NCBI GenBank assembly: GCA_038040195.1
Contig: JBBPIR010000001.1
Location: 417,341 to 481,340, forward strand
Direction of reading: 5' to 3'
Source: Chloroflexota bacterium
GTDB taxonomy: Bacteria > Chloroflexota > Limnocylindria > QHBO01
DNA: 64,000 bases
Part shown: positions 54,339-63,950 of the stretch, piece after piece
Layout of the letters: every line of letters starts with the position of its first letter
How positions within the stretch are numbered: position 1 is the first letter of the stretch
Position numbers and translations under genes: made by a program
Notes under the pieces: generated by a model
Database searches by the model: none
What the model saw: only the letters and a program-made list of their open reading frames with translations
Told to the model about the DNA's origin: nothing

Positions 54339-55619
54339 ATGCCGTCACGACCACTCTCCCCGCTGCGCTGGGGCGAGCGCACCTACGTCATGGGGATCCT
54401 GAACGTGACCGCGGACTCGTTCTCCGGCGACGGCCTGGCGGTCGCGGGTCGGTCCGAGGCCGAGGTGGTCGCGGCGGCGGTCGAGCTGGCGCGAGGCTTC
54501 GTAGCCGCCGGGGCCGACATCCTGGACGTGGGGGGCGAGTCGTCGCGTCCCGCGGCGGTCTACGGGGAGCACCCCGCGATTGACGCGGACGCGGAGACGC
54601 GGCTCACGCTTCCGGTCGTCCAGGCCCTGGTCGCGGAATTCGGGGAGCAGGTCCTGGTAAGCATCGACACCGCCAAGGGCAGCGTGGCCCGCGCGGCCCT
54701 GTCAGCGGGCGCCGGCATGGTCAACGACGTGTGGGCCGCGCGCCGCGACCCGGGGACGGCGGTGGCGGCCGCCGAGGCGGGCGCGTACCTGGTGGTCATG
54801 CACAACAAGGACGTGGCCGAGTACCCCGACGGGGTCCTGCCCGAGGTCATCGACTGGCTCCGGTCCGCCGCCGAAGCGGCGGCCGGAATCGGGGTCCGGG
54901 CGGATCGGCTCCTGGTCGACCCGGGAATCGGGTTCGGCAAGACGCCTGACCACAGCCTGGAGGTCCTCCATCGGCTGGCGGAGCTGAAGGCAGCCCTCGG
55001 GCTGCCGCTGCTGATCGGGACCAGCCGGAAGCGCTTCATCGGCGAGATCCTGGGTGGTGCCCCGGCCGGCGACCGCTTGGAAGGGACGGCGGCCAGCGTC
55101 GTGCTGGCCATTGCCTCAGGCGCGGACGTGGTGCGCGTCCACGACGTGGCCCCCATCGCACGGGCCGTTCGGGTAGCGGACGCGATTGTGCGGCGGATCG
55201 ACCTGGCGCCCGCCGACGCCTCGCGGCCGGCGGAGGCCGCGCCCGGGCGGGTGTCGATCCGTGCCATCCAGGCTCAGGGCCGGCACGGCGTCGGGGACGA
55301 CGAGCGCTCCCGCCGGCAGCCGTTCGAGGTGGACGTGGCCGTCAGTGCCGACCTGTCCGCGGCGGCCGCCGGTGACCGCCTCGAGGACACCGTCGACTAC
55401 GCAACCCTGCAGATCCTGGTCACGACGCGGGTCCGCGACGACAGCTTCCACCTCATGGAGTCCCTGGCCGCGAGCATCGGCCGGGCCATCCTGGACCGCT
55501 GGCCTGCTGTGACCGAGGTGGAGGTCGCGGTCCGGAAGCCAATGGCATCTCTGCCGGGCCCCTCTGGCGGGGCCGAGGTCCGTCTGCGGCTCCATCGGGC
55601 GCGCGAATCAGCGCGCTGA
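54339..55619 (+). CDS. folP: Bifunctional dihydropteroate synthase (FolP) fused to dihydroneopterin aldolase (FolB)
   Basis: Residues about 1-290 form the DHPS TIM barrel (VMGILNVTADSFSGDG, LDVGGESSRP, DPGIGFGK, LIGTSRKRFIG); residues about 300-420 form the FolB fold (IRAIQAQGRHGVGDDERSRRQPFEVDV...DTVDYATL...LMESLAASIGRAIL...VAVRKP). Confidence 0.8.
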   Translation: MPSRPLSPLRWGERTYVMGILNVTADSFSGDGLAVAGRSEAEVVAAAVELARGFVAAGADILDVGGESSRPAAVYGEHPAIDADAETRLTLPVVQALVAEFGEQVLVSIDTAKGSVARAALSAGAGMVNDVWAARRDPGTAVAAAEAGAYLVVMHNKDVAEYPDGVLPEVIDWLRSAAEAAAGIGVRADRLLVDPGIGFGKTPDHSLEVLHRLAELKAALGLPLLIGTSRKRFIGEILGGAPAGDRLEGTAASVVLAIASGADVVRVHDVAPIARAVRVADAIVRRIDLAPADASRPAEAAPGRVSIRAIQAQGRHGVGDDERSRRQPFEVDVAVSADLSAAAAGDRLEDTVDYATLQILVTTRVRDDSFHLMESLAASIGRAILDRWPAVTEVEVAVRKPMASLPGPSGGAEVRLRLHRARESAR

Positions 55620-55623
55620 TCGA

Positions 55624-56898
55624 TCAGCGCTCGACCGGCAGGGTTCCCAGCGTCACCTCGATCTCGAGCGTCTCGCCGCCCCGCAGCACGGTCACAGCAA
55701 CCACGTCACCCGGCCGGTAGGGCAGCAGGAGAGTGGCCAGGTCCCGACCCTCCTCCACACGCCGACCCCCGAGCAAGGTGATGATGTCGCCGGCCTGAAG
55801 TCCGGCCTGCTCGCCCGGGCTGCCGGGGAACACCGCCGGCGCCCCGTTGGGGCCGACGTCGACCAGGGCACCCTCCTCGACCGGCAGGCTGAGGTCAGTG
55901 GCGATCTGGCGCGTGATCATGGTGTAGTACACGCCCACCCATGGCCGGGCCATTTCCTGCCCGCTGAGGGCCAGGGCCATGATCGGCTTGGCGAAGTCGA
56001 TCGGGATGGCGAAGCCGATGCCCTGGGCACTGGTCGCGACCGCAGTGTTGATCCCGATGACCTGGCCGAGGCTGTTGACCAGCGGCCCGCCCGAGTTGCC
56101 AGGGTTGATGGCGGCATCGGTCTGGATCAGGTGGTTGAGCTGCTCCGAGCTGGCACCGTCGCCGGCCACGATCTGGCGACCAAGCCCCGACACGACCCCG
56201 GTCGTGACCGTGTCACGGTAGGTGCCCAAGGGGTTGCCGATGGCGATCGCCAGCTGACCGATCTCGAGCGCCGCAGATGAGCCGATGGGCGCGGTCGGCA
56301 GCTCCCCGGCGTCGATCTTGATGATAGCCAGGTCGGTCAGGGTGTCGGACCCGATGAGGGTGGCCTCAAAGGTGCGCGAGTCGGCCAGGGTGACGGTCAG
56401 GCTGGCGGCGCCGGCAGCGACGTGCTTGTTGGTCAAGATCCAGCCATCGGGGTCGAAGATGAAGCCCGACCCGCTGCCGGTTCCGCCGGTGGTCTGAGTG
56501 GCCCTGATGGTCACGACGGCAGGCGCGACGCTGGCCACCGCGTTGGTGATGGCCGACGTTTCCTCTAGGGTGATCTGCGAGACGTTCTCGCCCGGGGGCA
56601 GAGTGGTCGTGCCGGGCGGCTGGACGCCCACCAGATTGACCACCGCCAGGCCGGAGAGCGATCCGGATACCAACCCGGCGGCCAGGGCGATGGCCACGAA
56701 CCCGATCAGGCGCGGGCGCCGGGTGGGCTCTGGAGGCGGTGGTTCGGCAGGCAGGGATCGGCGGGTCGACCATGCCGGCGCCGACGACCAGCTGTCGGAG
56801 CGAGGTGGGATGGGAGTGGATTCCCCGCTGGCGCCGTAGCGGTCGGTCTCGACCGCGCGGGGCAGAGTTGGGTCGGCGTCAGGATCGGGTCCGGTCAC
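55624..56898 (-). CDS. HtrA/DegP/PepD-family trypsin-like serine protease with C-terminal PDZ domain
   Basis: N-terminal TM anchor; catalytic triad context (TNKHV, DLAIIKI, GNSGGPL); PDZ domain. Confidence 0.85.
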   Translation of the reverse strand: MTGPDPDADPTLPRAVETDRYGASGESTPIPPRSDSWSSAPAWSTRRSLPAEPPPPEPTRRPRLIGFVAIALAAGLVSGSLSGLAVVNLVGVQPPGTTTLPPGENVSQITLEETSAITNAVASVAPAVVTIRATQTTGGTGSGSGFIFDPDGWILTNKHVAAGAASLTVTLADSRTFEATLIGSDTLTDLAIIKIDAGELPTAPIGSSAALEIGQLAIAIGNPLGTYRDTVTTGVVSGLGRQIVAGDGASSEQLNHLIQTDAAINPGNSGGPLVNSLGQVIGINTAVATSAQGIGFAIPIDFAKPIMALALSGQEMARPWVGVYYTMITRQIATDLSLPVEEGALVDVGPNGAPAVFPGSPGEQAGLQAGDIITLLGGRRVEEGRDLATLLLPYRPGDVVAVTVLRGGETLEIEVTLGTLPVER

Positions 56899-56955
56899 GT
56901 TTGCAGTGTGGCGCTTCGACGATTACGCCCGCAGCCGTACGACGGTGAAGATTCT

Positions 56956-58443
56956 CTAATGAGCGGTGACCGAAGGGGGTTCGCTCGCCAGCTCGCCGGC
57001 GGCGGCGGCACCCTGGCGGGGCAGGACGACGCGGAACACGGCCCCCTCGCCCAGGACGCTGGTCACCTCGATGAACCCCCCATGCATCTCGACGATGGAG
57101 CGGGCGATGGCCAGCCCCAGACCACTCCCCGACGCCCGAGCCTCGCCGAGGTTGGTGCCGCGGTAGAAGCGTTCGAAAATGCGCGGCAGCTCCGCGGGCG
57201 GGATGCCGGGACCGGTGTCGCTGACCTCGATCAGCGCCGCGTCGGCCTGGTCCAGGATCTGGACCGCCACCGTTCCGCCGCGGGGCGTGAACTTGACGGC
57301 GTTGCCGACCAGGTTGTTCACCAGCTGGACGATCCGCTCGCGGTCGAATCGAATGGCGACCATGGTGGAGGGCGCGGCATAGGTCACGCCGATGCCCCGG
57401 CCCGCGGCCGCCTCGGCGCTGGCTTCAACGGCGGCCCGAATCGGCTCGCGCAGATCGCCGATCTTCACGTCCATCGGGAAGATACCCGCGTCGATGCGCG
57501 ACAGGTCGAGCAGGTTGGCGCTCATCCATTCCAGCCGAGTGAGCTGCTCGCTGGACCGATCCAGGAACTCGTGTCGGGTCTCCTCGTCGACGCCCCCGTC
57601 GCGCTGGAGCTCGGTGTAGGTCCGCAGCGCCGCCAGCGGAGTGCGCAGCTCGTGGCTCACGTCGGCAACGAACTCACGCAGCCGGTCGCGGTCCGCCTCG
57701 AGGAGCTGCAGCGATTCGGTGAGCCGGTCGGCCATGAGATTGAACTGGTCGCCGAGCTGATCGATTTCCTCGACGCCGGCCGGCGGCACGCGTGCGTCGA
57801 GCTGCCCGTGGGCCAGCCGGCTCGAGAAGCTCCCCAGCCGGTCGAGGGGAATGGTCAGCCGGCGAGCGGCCCACACCCCGACCCCGAGCGACACCAGCAG
57901 GGCCAGCGCCCCGGCACCGACCAACGCGGCGCGGACCTGGGCCAGGGTCGCGTCCCGCGGGGTATAGGGCGCCGACACCACGACCTCCAGCTGCAACGTC
58001 CCGTCGGGGGCCAGCGGCTGTTCGGACAGTGGCAGCTCGACGGAGAACGCGAGTCGCGTCGACGGCGCCAGCGGGTCCGCGGCCAGGCCCTGGGACGTGG
58101 CGGCCTCGACGTCCTGGGGCTCAGCGAAGGCCGCCTCCGAGCCGTCGACCACGTTGAAGACCTCGACCGTGACCAGCAGGCCGTCGGCCGCCTCCTGGGC
58201 GGCGGGCTGGATGATGCGCGCCTCGCGCTGTTCGCGGTCGTTGAGGAACTCGCCCAGCCCGCTCGTCGCCGATCGGCTGACGGTGTCGATGATGAGCAGG
58301 GCCGTGGCCTGGGCCGAGGTCTCGGTGCTCGCCTTGCCCTGCTGCTCGAAGTAGCCGGGCAGGATCTGGTTAAGCGCCACGCCGCTGATGAGCAGCGCGA
58401 TGAGGGCAGTCACCGCCAGGGCCACCGCCAGTCGGACGTCCAA
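56956..58443 (-). CDS. Membrane sensor histidine kinase (MprB/CssS-like) with HAMP domain
   Basis: Two TM helices flanking a periplasmic loop; HAMP; H-box HELRTPLAAL; N/G boxes (GNAVKFT, DTGPGI, GSGLGLAI). Confidence 0.8.
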   Translation of the reverse strand: MDVRLAVALAVTALIALLISGVALNQILPGYFEQQGKASTETSAQATALLIIDTVSRSATSGLGEFLNDREQREARIIQPAAQEAADGLLVTVEVFNVVDGSEAAFAEPQDVEAATSQGLAADPLAPSTRLAFSVELPLSEQPLAPDGTLQLEVVVSAPYTPRDATLAQVRAALVGAGALALLVSLGVGVWAARRLTIPLDRLGSFSSRLAHGQLDARVPPAGVEEIDQLGDQFNLMADRLTESLQLLEADRDRLREFVADVSHELRTPLAALRTYTELQRDGGVDEETRHEFLDRSSEQLTRLEWMSANLLDLSRIDAGIFPMDVKIGDLREPIRAAVEASAEAAAGRGIGVTYAAPSTMVAIRFDRERIVQLVNNLVGNAVKFTPRGGTVAVQILDQADAALIEVSDTGPGIPPAELPRIFERFYRGTNLGEARASGSGLGLAIARSIVEMHGGFIEVTSVLGEGAVFRVVLPRQGAAAAGELASEPPSVTAH

Positions 58444-58474
58444 GCGGCGGAGGAATCGGCGAATGGGCGTCGGC

Positions 58475-59269
58475 TCAGTCCTCGCCGAAGGCGTAGCCCA
58501 CGCCCCTGACGGTTCGGATGTAGCGCGGCCGGTCGGGATCCGCCTCGATCTTGTCGCGGATGTGGCTGATGTGGACGTTGATCGTCCGCTCGTCCTGCTC
58601 GACCGCGGCGTCGTAGTCGCGGACCAGCTCCAGCAGCTGCGGGCGAGTGAACACGCGCCCCGGGCGCGCGGCGAGGTGGCGCAGCAGGTCGAACTCGGTG
58701 GTGGTGAGGCCTATCCGCTCCCCGTCCCGCGTCACACGTCTCCGCTCGAGGTCGATCACGAGGTCGCCGCGCCGCAGAGTGTCGGTGGCCTGGACGTCGG
58801 CCAGCTCCCCGTAGGCGCGGCGCAGGAGGGCCTTCACCCGGCTCGTCAGCTCGCGCAGGCTGAACGGCTTGACCAGGTAGTCATCGGCTCCGATCTCGAG
58901 GCCGACCACCTTGTCGACCTCGTCCGTCCGGGCGGTGAGGAACAGGATCGGAACCCGCGTCTCGCGCCGCAGCTGACGGCAGACCTCGAAACCGTCGATC
59001 CCGGGCAGGCGGACGTCGAGAAGGACGAGGTCGGGCGCGACCTCTCTGAAGCGGGCGACCGCTTCCTCCCCGGTGGGGATGACACTCACACCGTAGCCCT
59101 CGCGCTCCAGCACCACCTGGACCCCGTGGGCAACGGCCGGTTCGTCCTCGACGATCATGATGCTGGCGGCCACGGCCACCGATTCTAGACCGATGCCCGG
59201 CGTTCGCCGTTTCCCGGCCTCCGCCCGTTTGCCCGTCCATCGGTCCGCCTGTACCATCCGGCTTCCCAC
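58475..59269 (-). CDS. OmpR-family response regulator (MprA/CssR-like)
   Basis: Receiver domain (IMIVEDE...LLDVRLPGIDG) plus winged helix; true start probably internal (near SIMIVEDE). Confidence 0.8.
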   Translation of the reverse strand: MGSRMVQADRWTGKRAEAGKRRTPGIGLESVAVAASIMIVEDEPAVAHGVQVVLEREGYGVSVIPTGEEAVARFREVAPDLVLLDVRLPGIDGFEVCRQLRRETRVPILFLTARTDEVDKVVGLEIGADDYLVKPFSLRELTSRVKALLRRAYGELADVQATDTLRRGDLVIDLERRRVTRDGERIGLTTTEFDLLRHLAARPGRVFTRPQLLELVRDYDAAVEQDERTINVHISHIRDKIEADPDRPRYIRTVRGVGYAFGED

Positions 59270-59293
59270 CTCGACCTGGAGAACGGCCGACCC

Positions 59294-59995
59294 ATGACCC
59301 TGGACTTCACCGTCGACACCCGCAGCGTGCTTGGCAAGCAGACCAAGCGCCTCCGGCGCTCAGGCACGGTGCCCGGAGTGGTGTTCGGGAAAGGCGCCGA
59401 GTCGGTCCCGGTCCAGGTGGACGCTAAGCGCTTCGAGGCCCTGTACCACGCCGCGGGGCGGACGACCATCTTCCAGCTGACGGTGGCCGGGGCCGGAGTC
59501 AAGAGCGCCATCATCAAGTCCGTCCAGCGCCACCCGTTGAGCGGGCGCGCGGTGCACGTCGACTTCTTCCTTCCCGACCTCAACGTCGAGATGCAGGTCG
59601 ATGTCCCGCTCGTCTTCATCGGGGAGGCGCCGGCCATCGAGGTCACCGGCGGCAGCCTGTTCACCGCGCTGGACCACATCAAGGTCCGCGCCCTGCCCGC
59701 CGACCTTCCACATGAGATCACGGTCGACGTGACGCCGCTCATCGACCTGGAGGCCGCCATCCATGTCAGCGACCTGCCGTTTGATGCCGAGCGGGTCACC
59801 GTCCTGAACGACCCGGACGAGCTGGTGGCCAAGGTCATGCCGCCGCGGGTCATCGAAGAGGAGCCCGTGGCCGAGGTCGAGGGCGAAGAGGGCGCCGAGG
59901 GCGAAGAGGGCGCCGAGGGCGAGGCCGGTGCGGAGGGTGGGGCCGAAGCTCGAGGCGAAGTGGACCGCGGCTCGGCTCCGGGCGGAGAGGGCTAG
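59294..59995 (+). CDS. rplY: 50S ribosomal protein L25 / general stress protein Ctc, with acidic Glu/Gly/Ala repeat tail
   Basis: L25 N-terminal domain (RLRRSGTVPGVVFGKG) and Ctc C-terminal beta-barrel; tandem EGAEGE repeats encoded by an 18-bp tandem repeat near 59881-59920. Confidence 0.85.
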   Translation: MTLDFTVDTRSVLGKQTKRLRRSGTVPGVVFGKGAESVPVQVDAKRFEALYHAAGRTTIFQLTVAGAGVKSAIIKSVQRHPLSGRAVHVDFFLPDLNVEMQVDVPLVFIGEAPAIEVTGGSLFTALDHIKVRALPADLPHEITVDVTPLIDLEAAIHVSDLPFDAERVTVLNDPDELVAKVMPPRVIEEEPVAEVEGEEGAEGEEGAEGEAGAEGGAEARGEVDRGSAPGGEG

Positions 59996-59996
59996 C

Positions 59997-61037
59997 TCAC
60001 CGCCGCCGCGAGGCGCGCGGATCCAGGGCGTCGCGCATCCCGTCACCGAGCAAGGTGAAGCCGACCAGGGCCAGGCCCAGGGCCACCATCGGTGGAAACA
60101 CGAGCCAGGGCGCAACCGTGAAATTGTCGATCCCCGCGTCCACCAGGCTGCCCCAGGATGCGCGCGGGATCTGCACCCCGAGGCCCAGGAACGACAGGGT
60201 AGATTCGGCCAGGATGGCCATCGGGATGCCGAGGCTGATGGCAATCGCGATAGGCCCGGCAGCCTGCGGGAGGATATGTCGGCGCACGATGCGTCCCTCG
60301 GGGACGCCGATGGCCCGCGCGGCTTCGACGTCCTCGCGCTGCTTGAGGGACAGGGTCTCAGCCCGGACCAGCCGGGCGGTGCCCACCCACGAGATCAGAC
60401 CGATGGCCACGAACGTGGCCAGCAGCCCGTTCAGCACCCCGAACAAGGGGGTATCCACCACTGCGGCCGAGATCATGATGATGAACAGCAGGTCCGGGAA
60501 TGTCCCGATGACATCGGTGAACCGCATGAGCCCCGTCTCGACCAGGCCGCCCCGCCACCCGGCGACCAGGCCGATGGGAACGCCGATGCCCAGCACGACG
60601 AGCTGGGCGACCAGCGCCACCGTGAGCGAGACCTGGGCCCCATCCACGGTTCGAGCCAGCAGGTCGCGACCGAGGGCGTCGGTCCCCAGTGGGTGCTGGG
60701 GCGACCCCGGCGGCATCGGACCGCCGTAGGCGAGGACCGCCTCGAGGTCCTGCTCGTAGTAGGTCCACGTCAGGAGCTGCGGGCCGACGACGGCGATCAC
60801 GACCAATACCGTCACGATCCCGAGCCCCCCGACCCCGGCTGGCGCCCGCAACAGGCGCCGGAGCGCGTCGGCCCAGTAGCCGGGACTCGGCTCCGGGCGG
60901 ACCTCGGCAGCCCGCTCGGCGATCGAGCCGGCATCAGCCACCGGTCGTCTCCAGCGGTCGCGCCAGACTGCCATCCCGGATTCGAGGGTCGATGAAGCCG
61001 TAGGCCACATCCACGACCGCGTTGGCGATGGCCACAA
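59997..61037 (-). CDS. Peptide/nickel ABC transporter permease (DppC/OppC family)
   Basis: Six-TM permease with EAA-like loop (SLKQREDVEAARAIGVPEGRIVRRHILP); start probably internal (overlap with the upstream permease gene). Confidence 0.8.
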   Translation of the reverse strand: MWPSPTRSWMWPTASSTLESGMAVWRDRWRRPVADAGSIAERAAEVRPEPSPGYWADALRRLLRAPAGVGGLGIVTVLVVIAVVGPQLLTWTYYEQDLEAVLAYGGPMPPGSPQHPLGTDALGRDLLARTVDGAQVSLTVALVAQLVVLGIGVPIGLVAGWRGGLVETGLMRFTDVIGTFPDLLFIIMISAAVVDTPLFGVLNGLLATFVAIGLISWVGTARLVRAETLSLKQREDVEAARAIGVPEGRIVRRHILPQAAGPIAIAISLGIPMAILAESTLSFLGLGVQIPRASWGSLVDAGIDNFTVAPWLVFPPMVALGLALVGFTLLGDGMRDALDPRASRRR

Positions 61038-61869
61038 CCAGGGCGTAGACGACGGTAATCGACATCAGGAGCGTGTAGTCGCGACCGCGAATGGCCCAGT
61101 AGTACAGGTTGCCCAGCCCGGGGATGTCGAACACGCGCTCCACCACGATCGAGCCGGTGACGAGCAGAGCCAGGACCGAGCCCGCGATGGTCACCACCGG
61201 AATGGCTGCGTTCCGCAGGAGGTGGAATCGGATGACCTGTTCCTCTCGCAGGCCCTTCGAATGGGCGGTGCGGACATAGTCCGCGTGAAGAACCTCGAGC
61301 ACGCTCGCCTTCGTATGGCGTGCGATCTGCGCCATCGGAAGCCCCGCCAGGGCGATGGTCGGCAAGATCCATTCCACGCTCGTCGCCCATTCGGCGGGTC
61401 GGGGCAGGCCGCTGACTCCGCTGAAGTGCGGCGGCACGAACACCAGCTGCAAGAACGCAGCCAGGGCGAAGGCCGGCAGGGCCATGCCGAGCAGAGCCAC
61501 CCCGGTTGCAACCAGGCCGATCGGGGTGCGTTGACGGAGGGCGGCCACGAGGCCCACCGGCAATCCCACCGCCAGGGCCAGCGCGAAGGCGAGGCCACAT
61601 AGCACGAGCGAGGTCCCGATCGCCGGGAAGATGATTTCCGCGACCTCGTAGCGGGTAGTCGTGCTGCCGATGCCGAGGTCGCCCTGCAGCAGACGACCCA
61701 GCCAGGCGAGGTACTGGAGGGGCAACGGCTGGTCCAGGCCCAGCTCCTGGTTCAGCCGGGCGACGAGCTCTGGAGCGAGCTGTCGCCCCTCGCGGTTCCA
61801 CGGGCTGCCGGGCGCGACGTGCATGATCGTGAACGCCACCATCGAGGCCCCCAGGACGACAGGGACCAC
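60934..61869 (-). CDS. Peptide/nickel ABC transporter permease (DppB/OppB family)
   Basis: Six-TM permease with EAA loop (YVRTAHSKGLREEQVIRFHLLRNA); the in-frame upstream sequence suggests a CTG start near 61902 after AGGAGG. Confidence 0.8.
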   Translation of the reverse strand: MVPVVLGASMVAFTIMHVAPGSPWNREGRQLAPELVARLNQELGLDQPLPLQYLAWLGRLLQGDLGIGSTTTRYEVAEIIFPAIGTSLVLCGLAFALALAVGLPVGLVAALRQRTPIGLVATGVALLGMALPAFALAAFLQLVFVPPHFSGVSGLPRPAEWATSVEWILPTIALAGLPMAQIARHTKASVLEVLHADYVRTAHSKGLREEQVIRFHLLRNAAIPVVTIAGSVLALLVTGSIVVERVFDIPGLGNLYYWAIRGRDYTLLMSITVVYALVVAIANAVVDVAYGFIDPRIRDGSLARPLETTGG

Positions 61870-62178
61870 CCAGAGCAGGCGACGAAGGGCATAGCCGAGC
61901 AGCTCAGGACCTCCTGCCTACTACTCCGGCCGATGGCGGCAGGTTCAGATCGCGGATCCTACGCGACGCCGCGTCCGGAAAGGCTGGTTTCGGTCCCCTG
62001 CCCGCGATATAGTCCCGAGCGGCACGCCGCGTCCGCGCTCGTCCAGCCCGCTCTCCGCTGGACCTCCGCTGCGCGGCTAGAAAGGAGCCGCCAACCGGCA
62101 TCCCTTTCCCTGCATGCTCGCGTTCCCGCCGCCCAACGGCGCGGAGTTCGCCCACGGCTGAACATCAGCGAGGTACCG

Positions 62179-63876
62179 ATGTCGCAAGAGCCCAATCGCG
62201 AGGACGTCATCCGCGAGGACGTCCGCGACCTCCATCGCCTGGGCTACGCCCAGGAGTTGTTCCGCACGATGGGCGGATTCAGCAACTTCGCCATCAGCTT
62301 TTCGATTATCTCGATCCTGACCGGCGCGGTCATCCTGTACGACTATGGCCTGGCCTGGGCCGGGACCGCCGCCAGCCTGATTGGTTGGCCACTCGTCACC
62401 GTCTTCGTTCTCGCGATCGCGGCCTCGATGGCCGAGGTCGCGTCGGCGTATCCCACCGCCGGCGGCCTGTATTACTGGGCGAGCAAGATGAAGGGCATCG
62501 GGTGGGGATGGTGGACCGCCTGGCTCAACCTGATCGGTCAATTCGCGATCGTGGCCGGCATCAATTTCGCGGCGGCGTTCTTCATCAACGCCACGATCAT
62601 CGGTCCGCTTACCGGCGGGGCCTTCACGAACAGCACGCCGATCTTCGGCGACCCTGCTTCGGGTCCGTACTTCTCGGGCTGGCTGGCCACCATGGCGGCG
62701 CTGCTGGCCGTCGAGCTGGTACTGAACATCGCCGGCGTGAGAGTCGTGGCCCTCCTGAACAACATCAGTGTGTGGTGGCATATCGCGTTCGTGGTGGCCA
62801 TCACCGGCGCCCTGTTTCTCCTCGGGACCCAGTCCACGACCGAAGATGCAGGGCTGACCCTGTTCGCCCTGCAGCCGGTGGACACGCTGAACTCGTGGGA
62901 GAACAGGATCCCACCCGGGAGCGACAACCCTTGGCTCCTGCTCACATACGGGCCTGCCGTGAGCTACCCCATCTTGATCGCCTTCGCCTTCAGCCTGCTC
63001 CAGGCCAACTGGACGTACACCGGGTACGACGCCTCGGCGCACGTGGCGGAGGAGACGGTTGGGGCGAGACGCGGCAGCGCGTGGGGCATCTTCATGTCCG
63101 TCGCGGTCTCGGCCGTGGCCGGCTACATCTTCCTGGTGGCCATTACGCTCCACCTCCCGGACCTCTTCCCGCTGTTCGGCCAGCTGGACGACATGGTGCA
63201 GGCCAGCCAGTACTACTTCGGAGACGGCGCGGCGGTCCTGTACACCCTGAATCAGAACCTCGACGCGGGGCTGGCTGCCATCCTGGGCGGCGGAATCGCC
63301 ATCGCCATGGCGTTCTGTGGCCTGTCGTCGGTGGCATCCGCCGGCCGGATGCTGTTCGCGTTCAGCCGTGACGACGGGATTCCCGGCTCACGCTGGATGA
63401 AGAAGGTCTCCCACCGGTTCCGAACCCCGGCCAACGCCCTGATCGTGGTCGTGGTCGGCGCCTTCGTGTTGACCTTCCTGGCGTTCTGGGTGGGACGCAA
63501 CATCGCCGTCGTCATCGTGACCGCCATCAGCACGATCTTCCTGTACGCCGCCTATGGCGTGCCCATCCTGCTTGGCTTGATCACCGACGGATGGAAGCAG
63601 GAGCGGGTCTGGAGCCTCGGCCGCTGGTCGAGGCCCGTCGCCTACATCTCGCTCGGATGGATTGTGGTCCTGATGGTGCTCTTCTCGTGGCCGACCGCGG
63701 GCAATATCAGCTGGCCGTTCATGCTGGCCGTTGTCCTGTTCCTCCTGGTCTACTACTTCGGCTGGGCCCGTCGGAACTTCAAGGGACCGAAGGTCATGGG
63801 TCGGGAGGAGGAGCTCACCGAGATCGAGCGTGAGTTCGAGGAGGCAGCCGAACAGCTCGGCACGGCAAGGACCTGA
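62179..63876 (+). CDS. APC-superfamily amino acid permease (12 TM)
   Basis: Amino acid permease signature region (AYPTAGGLYYWASKM) and 12 hydrophobic helices; ATG at 62179; the upstream part of the 61819 ORF is discounted. Confidence 0.8.
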   Translation: MSQEPNREDVIREDVRDLHRLGYAQELFRTMGGFSNFAISFSIISILTGAVILYDYGLAWAGTAASLIGWPLVTVFVLAIAASMAEVASAYPTAGGLYYWASKMKGIGWGWWTAWLNLIGQFAIVAGINFAAAFFINATIIGPLTGGAFTNSTPIFGDPASGPYFSGWLATMAALLAVELVLNIAGVRVVALLNNISVWWHIAFVVAITGALFLLGTQSTTEDAGLTLFALQPVDTLNSWENRIPPGSDNPWLLLTYGPAVSYPILIAFAFSLLQANWTYTGYDASAHVAEETVGARRGSAWGIFMSVAVSAVAGYIFLVAITLHLPDLFPLFGQLDDMVQASQYYFGDGAAVLYTLNQNLDAGLAAILGGGIAIAMAFCGLSSVASAGRMLFAFSRDDGIPGSRWMKKVSHRFRTPANALIVVVVGAFVLTFLAFWVGRNIAVVIVTAISTIFLYAAYGVPILLGLITDGWKQERVWSLGRWSRPVAYISLGWIVVLMVLFSWPTAGNISWPFMLAVVLFLLVYYFGWARRNFKGPKVMGREEELTEIEREFEEAAEQLGTART

Positions 63877-63950
63877 CAATTACCTGACCCGATCCACGCT
63901 GCGGGCCGGCCGGGCGATCCGGCCGGCCCGATTTGCTACCGGAGGACGCA

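Noticed and set aside
52954-54354. 466-aa minus-strand ORF antisense to folC
   Set aside because: The opposite strand encodes FolC with P-loop and Mur-ligase motifs. This frame is Gly/Arg/Pro-rich with no motif.
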